The translations under genes were made by a program, and so were the position numbers. The notes beneath the pieces are model-generated. The model saw only the letters and a list, made by a program, of their open reading frames with translations. It made no database searches and was not told the DNA's origin. From an uncultured Gammaproteobacteria bacterium (GTDB taxonomy: Bacteria; Pseudomonadota; Gammaproteobacteria; Pseudomonadales; Azotimanducaceae), in the NCBI GenBank assembly GCA_942491135.1, contig CALNZS010000005.1, forward strand, positions 58,260-122,259: DNA of 64,000 bases, in the 5' to 3' direction. Positions 55,121-63,355 of this stretch are shown here, piece by piece (within the stretch, counting starts at the first letter, position 1; each line of letters begins with the position of its first letter).

Positions 55121-56132
55121 CCAGATCGAGCAGGGTTCGGATCCCCGGCGCCGCCTTACAGACCGCGGGGATGGCATTCACCGCGTGCATGGCCGTGGCC
55201 AGCAGCCCGTCGGAAATCCAGGTCGGCGCGATGTCGAAGTGCATGCGCGGCTCGCCCTCGATGCTGACCGAGTGGGCGCCGGTGGGCCACGATGGCGCGA
55301 CCGAACCATGCATCCGCCAGACCGTCTCGTGCACCACCCGCACCTGCCCGTCGCGCACCCCGCGCCAGGTCCAGTGCTGCCCGGCCACGGTGCCGCGCCG
55401 GACCACCCCGGACGCGGTGTCCAGATCCGCCGGCGCGAGCGCGGTTTCCATCTCCGACTGCACCTCGTCCACGGCCAGGCCGGTGCCGTCGGCAAGCAAC
55501 TGGATGCTCTCGCGGAACAGCCCGTTCAGCCAGATCCGGCGCCTTTCGCCGCGCGCCTCGAAGGTCGCCTGATCGGAACCGAACCCCATGCTGTCGAACA
55601 TGATCTCCGGAGACGGGTAGTCCTGGAAGTTGGAGATTTCCCGGACCACGATGCGCTCGATGCGCCGGGACAGCGCGCTCATGGACAGCGGCAGCATGTC
55701 ACCCATCCAGCCCGGATTGAGTCCCGTCGAGTGGAAGGTGCTGGCGCCGGCCCGGCAGGCCGACTCCAGGGCGTCGACGACTGCCGGGCCATGGGACTTC
55801 GGGTACAGATAACCCACCACGGTGATGACGTTCTTGCCCGCGGCCAGCAGACGGCAGATGTCGTGCAGATCCTGGTCCGGATCGTCACCGTAGACCATGG
55901 AAGGCAGTGGTGCATGAATCACCACCTCGGCATCCGAACCGCAAACCGCGGCAAGATCGGTGGTGGTCTCGATGCCGAGGCGCTCGACCCCCAGAACCTC
56001 ACCGGCGTCGCGTCCGGCCTTGTCCGCCGATCGGACCTGCAGTCCTACCAGTTCAAGTTCCGGCCGCCGCAGGACTTCACGGGCGGCATGAGCGCCCACG
56101 GTACCGCTGGACCATTGAAAAACCCGCGTCAT
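55104..56132 (-). CDS. DapB-like NAD(P)-binding oxidoreductase (dihydrodipicolinate-reductase/amine-dehydrogenase-like family)
   Basis: 342 aa. N-terminal Rossmann block WSSGTVGAHAAREVLRRPELELVG. Confidence 0.55.
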   Translation of the reverse strand: MTRVFQWSSGTVGAHAAREVLRRPELELVGLQVRSADKAGRDAGEVLGVERLGIETTTDLAAVCGSDAEVVIHAPLPSMVYGDDPDQDLHDICRLLAAGKNVITVVGYLYPKSHGPAVVDALESACRAGASTFHSTGLNPGWMGDMLPLSMSALSRRIERIVVREISNFQDYPSPEIMFDSMGFGSDQATFEARGERRRIWLNGLFRESIQLLADGTGLAVDEVQSEMETALAPADLDTASGVVRRGTVAGQHWTWRGVRDGQVRVVHETVWRMHGSVAPSWPTGAHSVSIEGEPRMHFDIAPTWISDGLLATAMHAVNAIPAVCKAAPGIRTLLDLEIRHA

Positions 56133-56196
56133 GGAGTCCTCCCCTCAGGCAGATTGTCGATACACTGTTGATCCGTTCTCTAAACCCGGTGCGGTC

Positions 56197-56673
56197 ATGA
56201 CGGACAGTTCCCTGGCGCAGCGGCTGCAGCGACTCGAGGACATCGAGGCCATCCGGCAGCTCAAGGCGCGCTATTGCGCCGCCTGCGACGACGACCACAA
56301 CCCGGAAACCCTGGCCGCGCTGTTTCATGACGACGCCGTCTGGGAAGCCACCAGCAACGGCCGCTTCGAAGGGATTGCGGCCATTCGCGGGTTTTTCTCC
56401 GGATTGCGCGCCAGCGGCCGCATCCGGCGCTCGGCGCACCACGCCATCAACCCGGTCATCGAGGTCGACGGCGACCGGGCCAGCGGCCACTGGCGCCTCA
56501 TCATGCTGTACAGCACCATGACTTCGACCGGACAGCTTCAGCACCTGCGCATCATCGGCTGGTACCGGGAGCAGTACCGGCGCCACCTCGGGGAATGGCG
56601 CTTTCAGAGCCTGTACTGCGAGGTCGAGGAACACGACCCCTACCCGGTGTTCGCCCCGTCCGGGGATGACTGA
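56197..56673 (+). CDS. NTF2/SnoaL-like family protein
   Basis: Internal ATG (MTDSSLAQRLQRLEDIEAIRQLKARY...), 158 aa. Confidence 0.75.
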   Translation: MTDSSLAQRLQRLEDIEAIRQLKARYCAACDDDHNPETLAALFHDDAVWEATSNGRFEGIAAIRGFFSGLRASGRIRRSAHHAINPVIEVDGDRASGHWRLIMLYSTMTSTGQLQHLRIIGWYREQYRRHLGEWRFQSLYCEVEEHDPYPVFAPSGDD

Positions 56674-56791
56674 ACCCACTCCAGCCCGCTCCCATCACGT
56701 CTGACTCCTGCTTTCCGGTTTCCAGCGCCGGTGCTGGAAACGTGCACCCGGGACTGGACGATGCGCGCCGACCTTGGGCACAATGGCGGCG

Positions 56792-56812
56792 AAAACAGTC
56801 ATTTTGTCCGGT
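56792..56812 (-). promoter_or_regulatory. Copy of recurrent motif (candidate operator)
   Basis: Minus strand reads ACCGGAC AAAA TGACTGT TTT. About 25 nt upstream of the ADH start at 56837. Confidence 0.4.
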
Positions 56813-56836
56813 TTTCTCTGGAACGGCAAAACGCCT

Positions 56837-57868
56837 ATGCAGGTTGCTCTGGTCACCGGCCGCGAACGCATCGAACTCCGGGAGTTTCCGGAACCCCAAC
56901 CGTCCCCCGGCAAGGCGGTGGTGCAGATCGCCTACTGCGGCATCTGCGGCACGGACCTGCACGCCTTTCAATCCGGCGAACCCTACAATCCGGCCATCTG
57001 CGGCCACGAGTGGTGCGGCACCGTAGCCGCCACGGACAAGGATGCCAGCGTCCGTGAAGGCGACCGGGTGGCCATCGGCATTGCCGGCGCCTGCGGCCGC
57101 TGCGGGGCCTGCGCCCGCGGCGACCATGCCCGTTGCGAAAGCGCTTTCGCCGGCCTGATCGGGGTCGGCCCCATGGCCGCTGCTCACGGCGGGTTTGCTT
57201 CCGCCATCGCCATCGACGCGTCACGACTGTACCCGGTGGCCGATGCCATCGACGACCTGCATGCCGCCATGCTGGAGCCGGCCACCATCGCCCTGCACGC
57301 GGTCCGGCGCACGCCGCTGCGCCTGGGCGACAGCGTGGTGGTCATCGGCGGCGGCCCCATCGGACTGCTGGTGATGCAGTGCGCGCGGGCCGCCGGCGCC
57401 GGCCACCTGGTTCTGATCGAGCCACAGCCGGAACGGCGGGCCCTGGCGGCGCAGCTCGGCGCCGACTGCATCATCGACCCCTCAACCGAGGACAGCAGCG
57501 CCCGCATCACCGAAGCCACCGGCCAGGATGGCGCCGACGTGGTGTTCGAATGTGCCGGCATACCGGCAACCATCGATCAGGCGGTTACCCTGTGCCGGCG
57601 CGGCGGCGTGGTTTCCCTGGTCGGGGTGCCGAACGAACCGGCGCAGATCAACGGCGCCGGCTGGCTGATCAAGGAGGTACGCCTGGTCGCATCGCTCGGT
57701 TATCAGCGTGAAGAGTTCGAGCTCACCCAGGCGCTGGTGATGGACGGACGGTTGCAGCTCGCCCCGCTGCATACCGCGACCGTGGCGCTGACCGACATCG
57801 CCGGGGCATTCGAAACGCTGGCCCGGCAACCCCGCCAGGTCAAGGTGCTGGTCGAACCCGGCCATTGA
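56837..57868 (+). CDS. Zinc-binding alcohol dehydrogenase (MDR family)
   Basis: Internal ATG (MQVALVTGRERIEL...). CGICGTDLH and GHEWCG zinc motifs. GGGPIGLL nucleotide site. Confidence 0.88.
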   Translation: MQVALVTGRERIELREFPEPQPSPGKAVVQIAYCGICGTDLHAFQSGEPYNPAICGHEWCGTVAATDKDASVREGDRVAIGIAGACGRCGACARGDHARCESAFAGLIGVGPMAAAHGGFASAIAIDASRLYPVADAIDDLHAAMLEPATIALHAVRRTPLRLGDSVVVIGGGPIGLLVMQCARAAGAGHLVLIEPQPERRALAAQLGADCIIDPSTEDSSARITEATGQDGADVVFECAGIPATIDQAVTLCRRGGVVSLVGVPNEPAQINGAGWLIKEVRLVASLGYQREEFELTQALVMDGRLQLAPLHTATVALTDIAGAFETLARQPRQVKVLVEPGH

Positions 57869-57915
57869 CCCGGACGGCGCCGGGTTACGCTCAGGAATCG
57901 AAGGGAGGAGAACAG

Positions 57916-59130
57916 ATGAACCAGATCAACGGTAACGGCAGCGGTCGCAGCCAGCTCATAGACATGGCCCGGCACAACATGGAGGTGGTGCGGCGCGGCA
58001 CCATCGACCAGGCCGACGACGTGCTGCGCGTGCCGGCATCCCACTACTACGACCCCGAGCGCTGGCAGCGCGAGATGGATGGCGTATTCAAGCGCCTGCC
58101 ACTGATGCTCGCCATGAGCTGTGAGCTGCGCGAACCGGGTGACTTCAAGACCATGGAAGTGGCCGGGGTACCGGTGCTGCTGGTGCGCGACGCCGATCTG
58201 AAGGCCCGCGCCTACGTCAACTCCTGCAGCCATCGCGGCGCCGTGCTCGTAACCGCCGCATCGGGCAACCAGAAGCGCTTCACCTGCCCCTACCACGCCT
58301 GGAGCTACGATCACGGCGGTAACCTCATCGCGGTGTACAAAGAGGCGGACTTCGGCGAAATCGACAAGTCCTGTCACGGATTGACGGAACTGTCCGCCGG
58401 CGAGCGGGCCGGCATGATCTGGGTCAATCTGGATCCCGACACGCCACTGGAACTGGACACGTACCTGTGCGGCTACGATGCGGTACTGGAGCAGTTCGGC
58501 TTCGCCGACTGGACCCTGTATGCCTCACGGACCCTGCCCAGCCCCAACTGGAAGGTGGCTTACGACGGCTACATGGACCTTTACCACCTGCCGATCCTGC
58601 ACAAGGACACGTTCGGCTCGAACATGCCCAATCAGGCCCTCTACTACCCCTGGGGCCCGCACCAGCGGGTGTCGTCGCCCAACCCCGGGCTGCTGGAACT
58701 GGCGGAGAAGCCGGAGGCCGAATGGCCCACCCATGCGCTGCTCGACAGCGTCTGGACGATCTTTCCTCATGTGTCCATTGCCTCGTTCGACGGCGGCGGC
58801 GGCCGCGCGGTCATGATCTCGCAGCTGTTTCCCGGCGACGGGCCGCTGGAGTCACGCACCGTGCAGAACTACGTGATGCAGCAGCCGCCCGCCAACGACG
58901 AGGTGCGCGAAGCGGCCGATCAGCAGTTCAAACTGCTCGAATACGTGGTTCAGGAGGAAGACTACGCCACCGGTTTCCGCCAGCAGCGGGCGCTCATGAG
59001 CCGGCCCGGCGCCGAGGTTCTGTTCGGCCGCAACGAAGGCGGCGGCCAGTTCTTCCATGGTTTTCTCGACCGTCTGGTCGACTGCCCGACCCCGCAACTA
59101 CCCGACCTGTTTCAGGAGATGGCCCGATGA
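57916..59130 (+). CDS. Rieske [2Fe-2S] oxygenase, alpha subunit
   Basis: ATG behind GGGAGGAG (MNQINGNG...). CSHRGAVL...CPYHAWSY. Confidence 0.9.
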   Translation: MNQINGNGSGRSQLIDMARHNMEVVRRGTIDQADDVLRVPASHYYDPERWQREMDGVFKRLPLMLAMSCELREPGDFKTMEVAGVPVLLVRDADLKARAYVNSCSHRGAVLVTAASGNQKRFTCPYHAWSYDHGGNLIAVYKEADFGEIDKSCHGLTELSAGERAGMIWVNLDPDTPLELDTYLCGYDAVLEQFGFADWTLYASRTLPSPNWKVAYDGYMDLYHLPILHKDTFGSNMPNQALYYPWGPHQRVSSPNPGLLELAEKPEAEWPTHALLDSVWTIFPHVSIASFDGGGGRAVMISQLFPGDGPLESRTVQNYVMQQPPANDEVREAADQQFKLLEYVVQEEDYATGFRQQRALMSRPGAEVLFGRNEGGGQFFHGFLDRLVDCPTPQLPDLFQEMAR

Positions 59131-59453
59131 GCACCGAGTCCGTGATTCGACACCACGTCCAGGCGCTGGCCGACGGTGACCTGGAAGCGACCATGAGTGA
59201 CTACGCCGACGATTGCGTGTTCATCGGTAACGGTCACGTGGTCGAAGGCAAGGCCGGTATCCAGCAGATCTTCGCCGGAGCGCTGGCCAATGGGCCGTTT
59301 GCGGTCTCCATGAAAGACGAGCTCTATCACGGCAGCACCGGATTCATCACCTGGGAAGTCCCCGGCGTCATTGCGCTGGGCACGGACACCTTCGTGGTCG
59401 AGAACGACCTGATCGTGCTGCAGACCAACGCGGTGGCCATGGCCAGCGGTTGA
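59127..59453 (+). CDS. NTF2/SnoaL-like family protein (possible minimal oxygenase beta subunit)
   Basis: 108 aa (MSTESVIRHHVQALADGDLEA...). ATGA overlap with the Rieske alpha stop. Confidence 0.7.
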   Translation: MSTESVIRHHVQALADGDLEATMSDYADDCVFIGNGHVVEGKAGIQQIFAGALANGPFAVSMKDELYHGSTGFITWEVPGVIALGTDTFVVENDLIVLQTNAVAMASG

Positions 59454-59471
59454 ACCCGCTGGCCAGAACGG

Positions 59472-60323
59472 TCAGGGCAGTTCGACCCGCTCGCAGAAGC
59501 CGGTGATCCGCTCCCAGTCCGGCAGCCTCGGGCCCAGCGCGACGGGCACTCCGACCCAGGCGCCGATGTTCTCGCCGCTGCGTCCTCCCGGACCTTCGTC
59601 GATGACCGCCAGCATCAGGCCGGCGATCTGCTCGGGGGTCATGACCACGTCACGCAGCGTGTCCGGCAGTTCGCCGCCGAACAGGTTGCGCAGCATGGGC
59701 GTGTCCGTCGCGCCCATACACAGCCCGTTGACCCGGACGCCGGCCTCCGCCAGATGTCCGGCCCAGGCGTCGGTGAACCCGTTCAGCGCCCATTTGGAGG
59801 CGTTGTAAAGGTCGGTGTTCGGCGGGTTGGTGCCGTCGCTCCTGGCCGGCAGAACGTAGTAAGTGGAAACATTGAAGACGTTGGCATCGCCCCGGTGCTT
59901 CATGTGTGGAATGCAGGCCCGCGAGAGCATCAACACCCCTCTGAAGTTGGTGTCCATCACGTAGTCCCAGTCGCCTACGGCGTCCTCCCAGGACCCGTCC
60001 ACCGGGGTATCGCGCCAGACGCCTGCATTGTTGACCAGTACGTCGATGCCGCCGAGGTCAGCGGCCTGTGCGGCAATCCGTTCCACGTCCTGGCGTAACG
60101 AGACATCGGCCTCCGCGCTGACGATCCGCCCCATGGCCTGCGCCGGCCGGGAACCCGGCAACTCTTTCACCGCCGGATCGACGTCGAACGCCAGCACCGT
60201 GGCGCCCCGATCGGCGAGCGCGCGGGCGAACGCGGCGCCCAGACCCCGTGCCGCCCCACTGACCACGGCTACCCGGCCTTCAAGATTCGAAGCTTCAGGA
60301 TTGGAGTCTTCAGGGCTGGACAT
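59472..60323 (-). CDS. SDR family oxidoreductase
   Basis: SGAARGLGAA, NNAG, YNASKWAL. Paralog of the upstream gene. Confidence 0.88.
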   Translation of the reverse strand: MSSPEDSNPEASNLEGRVAVVSGAARGLGAAFARALADRGATVLAFDVDPAVKELPGSRPAQAMGRIVSAEADVSLRQDVERIAAQAADLGGIDVLVNNAGVWRDTPVDGSWEDAVGDWDYVMDTNFRGVLMLSRACIPHMKHRGDANVFNVSTYYVLPARSDGTNPPNTDLYNASKWALNGFTDAWAGHLAEAGVRVNGLCMGATDTPMLRNLFGGELPDTLRDVVMTPEQIAGLMLAVIDEGPGGRSGENIGAWVGVPVALGPRLPDWERITGFCERVELP

Positions 60324-61215
60324 GGCCGTCCTCCTGCAGGATGTAGATGGGTTTCAGCGGCGGTTCCAGCCGCGGCGGACGCCCGATGCACAGATTCATG
60401 TGTTCGCCGGTGCGCCCTTCCGGACCCTCCTTCAGCAGATCCACCAGCACCGCCGCGGAGTCTTCCGCCCGCATCCAGCTTGCGACCTCTTGGTCGGAAG
60501 GATTGAAATCATGGAAGCCCCGCAGCATGTGGGAGTCCGTGGCGCCCATGCAGATGGCATTGACCCGGATCCGGTGCGGCTTCAGCGCCTTGCACCAGGC
60601 CAGTGTGAGCCCGTGGATACCCCATTTGCCGGCGTCGTAGAGATCCATGGAGGTGCCGCCGCTGGTGGGCCGCGGGTGATCGCGCCACGGGCACGTCTCG
60701 AGCTTCGGGCACACGTGGTACGGGGTCCCGCAGGTGTTCACGTGGTCAGTGGAGATGTTGACGATTTCGCCGCCACGTCCGTCGCGCGCGCTGCTGCGCA
60801 CGCTGCTGCGCACGCGCTCGATCATGTGGGGTATGAGCGCGCGCCCGAACAGGTACACGCCTTTCAGATTGGTGCCCACCAGGCGCTCGTAGTCCTGCAG
60901 CGACTTGTCCAGATCATCGTCCGCGACGCTGCCCGCCCAGACCCCGGCATTGCTGACCAGGATGTCGATGCCACCGAACTCGTCGATCGCTTCGTCCACC
61001 ACCCGGCGCACGTCCTCCGGCCGTGACACGTCCGCGTTCCAGGCAGCCGCCCGCACGCCGGCGGACGTCACCTCCTGTACCAGACCGTCCACGTCGTCGC
61101 GGACGTCGCAGAATCCGACGTTGACACCTGCCCTGGCCAGAGCCCTGACGTAGGCACTTCCCAGACCCACGGCACCGCCCGTCACGAGGGCGTTCATTCC
61201 GCTCAGATCGGTCAT
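60310..61215 (-). CDS. SDR family oxidoreductase with Cys/His-rich insertion
   Basis: TGGAVGLGSA, SNAG, YDAGKWGI. Overlaps the next SDR by 14 nt. Confidence 0.88.
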   Translation of the reverse strand: MTDLSGMNALVTGGAVGLGSAYVRALARAGVNVGFCDVRDDVDGLVQEVTSAGVRAAAWNADVSRPEDVRRVVDEAIDEFGGIDILVSNAGVWAGSVADDDLDKSLQDYERLVGTNLKGVYLFGRALIPHMIERVRSSVRSSARDGRGGEIVNISTDHVNTCGTPYHVCPKLETCPWRDHPRPTSGGTSMDLYDAGKWGIHGLTLAWCKALKPHRIRVNAICMGATDSHMLRGFHDFNPSDQEVASWMRAEDSAAVLVDLLKEGPEGRTGEHMNLCIGRPPRLEPPLKPIYILQEDGHVQP

Positions 61216-61393
61216 CTTTCCCCGTTCCCTTCACTCGTGAAGGTAAAGACTACGCCTCGAACGCGACCCCGGACAAGGACAAAGACCAGCGGAGCCGGCG
61301 GCAGACGGGCGGGGCCCGCCGTGGACCGGCTGTTTTTCCTGCAGTAGACTCCGAGCCCGACAGCATCCACCAGATCCGGGAGGAACGGAGTCT

Positions 61394-62209
61394 TTGGCAG
61401 CCAAGACCAGCACCCGCGGCGCGGCCGCGAAGCGCACCAGCAGAGCCAGCAGCAATAAGGACAGCAGCGGGCCCGCCAGCCGCTCCCGCAAGACCACCGG
61501 CGCCAGGGCGAGCAAGGCCCCTTCCCGCAAGGCCGCCACCAGAAAGAAAGCGCCCCGCGCCAGCCAGAACGGCGGCCGGGCCTGGATCCGCAGCCCGGAG
61601 ACCTACCAGGCCATTCTCGACGCCACCGTCGACTGTTTCGTGGAGATCGGCTACGAGCGCACCACCACCACCGAGATCGCCCGCAAGGCCGGGTTCACCC
61701 GGGGTGCCGTCCAGTATTACTTTCCGACCACGGCACACGCCCTCGACGCCTCGATCCGCTACCTCACGGAGGAGTGGCTCAAGGAATACGCCGAAGCGGC
61801 GCGCAACGCCCCCGAGGGAACGGATTCCATCGACTACGCGGTGGATACGCTGTGGCGCTTCGTCAACGACCGGCTGTTCCTGGCCTGGCAGGAGCTGGTA
61901 TCGGCATCACGCACCCACGCCGAACTGCGGCGGATCATCAAACCGGCCGCCGCCAAATTCGAACGAATGCGGCGGGAGATGGGGGCGGATACGTTCCGGG
62001 ACTACTACGACGCCAACGCCGCCAAGTTCCAGCGCAACCGCGACACGCTGCGATTCGTCCTCGAAGGCATGACCAATACCATCATGACCTACGACAAGGA
62101 AGCCCGAATCCAGGCACAGCTCGACTGGCTGAAGGAGTGGTTTCACGCCAGCTGGCAGGAAGAGGTGAAAGCCAAGAAGGTCAAGACGCGACGCCGGACC
62201 CGGAGCTGA
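61394..62209 (+). CDS. TetR/AcrR family transcriptional regulator with basic low-complexity N-terminal tail
   Basis: TTG start behind GGGAGGAACGGAG. HTH block TTTEIARKAGFTRGAVQYYF. The first ~60 residues are rich in K, R, A, S and T. Confidence 0.85.
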   Translation: MAAKTSTRGAAAKRTSRASSNKDSSGPASRSRKTTGARASKAPSRKAATRKKAPRASQNGGRAWIRSPETYQAILDATVDCFVEIGYERTTTTEIARKAGFTRGAVQYYFPTTAHALDASIRYLTEEWLKEYAEAARNAPEGTDSIDYAVDTLWRFVNDRLFLAWQELVSASRTHAELRRIIKPAAAKFERMRREMGADTFRDYYDANAAKFQRNRDTLRFVLEGMTNTIMTYDKEARIQAQLDWLKEWFHASWQEEVKAKKVKTRRRTRS

Positions 62210-62230
62210 GGCCGCGCCCCGGCGCCGCCA

Positions 62231-62509
62231 TCAGGCCAGGTCGTCGACCTTTTTGCGGGCAGCGGCCGCGTCCTTGAACCACAGAGCGTTCACCGCGACG
62301 AACTCCGTCTGGTCCGAGGGCAGTTCCTTTTCGTCGTAGATGGCAGCAACCGGACAGGCCTCGACACAGACGCCGCAATCAATACATTCGTCCGGCTCGA
62401 TGTAGCACATCCGGTCCTCGTCCAGATGATAGATGCAATCTACCGGGCAGACCTCGATGCAGGACGCGTCGCGCACGTCGATACAGGCATGGGTAATGAC
62501 GAAAGTCAT
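62231..62509 (-). CDS. Ferredoxin (7Fe, [3Fe-4S][4Fe-4S] FdxA-like)
   Basis: 92 aa. CIDVRDASCIEVCP and CIDCGVCVEACP cluster motifs. Confidence 0.88.
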   Translation of the reverse strand: MTFVITHACIDVRDASCIEVCPVDCIYHLDEDRMCYIEPDECIDCGVCVEACPVAAIYDEKELPSDQTEFVAVNALWFKDAAAARKKVDDLA

Positions 62510-62520
62510 GATCGCCGCAA

Positions 62521-63270
62521 CTACTGTGCGCTGCCCGTTGCGCAGTAGCGGATGCCCCGCCGCAGCAGCTCGTAGTACTCCGGCTTGTCCCAGCTTCCGC
62601 GCTCGATCTGCGGGTAATAGTCGGTGACCGGACGCATGTCGTAGTGACCCCGGCAGTGACCAAGGTTCAGATACAACACCTCGCCCTGGCCCACCTGGTT
62701 GATGTAGTAGACGGGGCGCGGCTCGTCGTCATCCCAGTTCGCTTCAATGAACCCGGTCGCCTCACCGCTGAAGCGGGTGTCCAGCAGCACGTGCAGGTCA
62801 CCGTGAATGCGGCAGAGATAGAGCTCATCGTCGGTCTCGAACTCGTTGATGCCGGACACCAGTTCGTGCTCGGGATCGGCGAGGTGCACCTTGAACGGCT
62901 GGATGGGCGGATGGGCGATGAACTGGGTCCCCAGCACTTTCATCAGGGTCGGGGCCGTCTCCGGCGAGTTCACGCCCTTGTCGGTGAATTCGAGAATGGA
63001 GTTGGTGCCATGCAGGGCCAGCCAGCGCTTGCCCGACGCCACGTAGTCGCGCAGGGCGGCCTGCTCGGCCTCGCTCGGCACCAGGTTGCAGGTGTAGGTG
63101 ATCAGGAAATCGCTGGCGGCGATTGCTTCGACGTCGTGGTAGTCGGCGGCCACCCGGCAGCGGATGTTCTCGTGCTCGGCCAGCAGTTTCAGCAGCTCGC
63201 TGCGGGCGAAGTCGATGTCATGGTACTGGCCGGCAGCCACCATGTAGACGTCGATGATTGGATCGGCCAT
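62521..63270 (-). CDS. ThuA domain-containing protein
   Basis: Internal ATG behind AGGAA (MADPIIDVYMVAAGQYHD...), 249 aa. Confidence 0.65.
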   Translation of the reverse strand: MADPIIDVYMVAAGQYHDIDFARSELLKLLAEHENIRCRVAADYHDVEAIAASDFLITYTCNLVPSEAEQAALRDYVASGKRWLALHGTNSILEFTDKGVNSPETAPTLMKVLGTQFIAHPPIQPFKVHLADPEHELVSGINEFETDDELYLCRIHGDLHVLLDTRFSGEATGFIEANWDDDEPRPVYYINQVGQGEVLYLNLGHCRGHYDMRPVTDYYPQIERGSWDKPEYYELLRRGIRYCATGSAQ

Positions 63271-63304
63271 TTCCTGCGCTCCGGTGATTGATGGTTGTGC
63301 CGAC

Positions 63305-63328
63305 GGTGCCGCCGGCCCCGGCGGCACC
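63305..63328. terminator. Perfect 11-bp inverted repeat between SDR stop and ThuA start
   Basis: GGTGCCGCCGG-cc-CCGGCGGCACC. No U-tract. Confidence 0.4.
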
Positions 63329-63355
63329 CACTGCAGATCGGTAGGGTACCCGTTC

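Noticed and set aside
2754-56812. Recurrent motif as a REP/MITE-type mobile repeat, a sigma-54 promoter or a riboswitch
   Set aside because: It is too short (about 21 nt), has no flanking terminal repeats, and is always positioned just upstream of starts. There is no GG-N10-GC spacing and no extended conserved structure around the copies.
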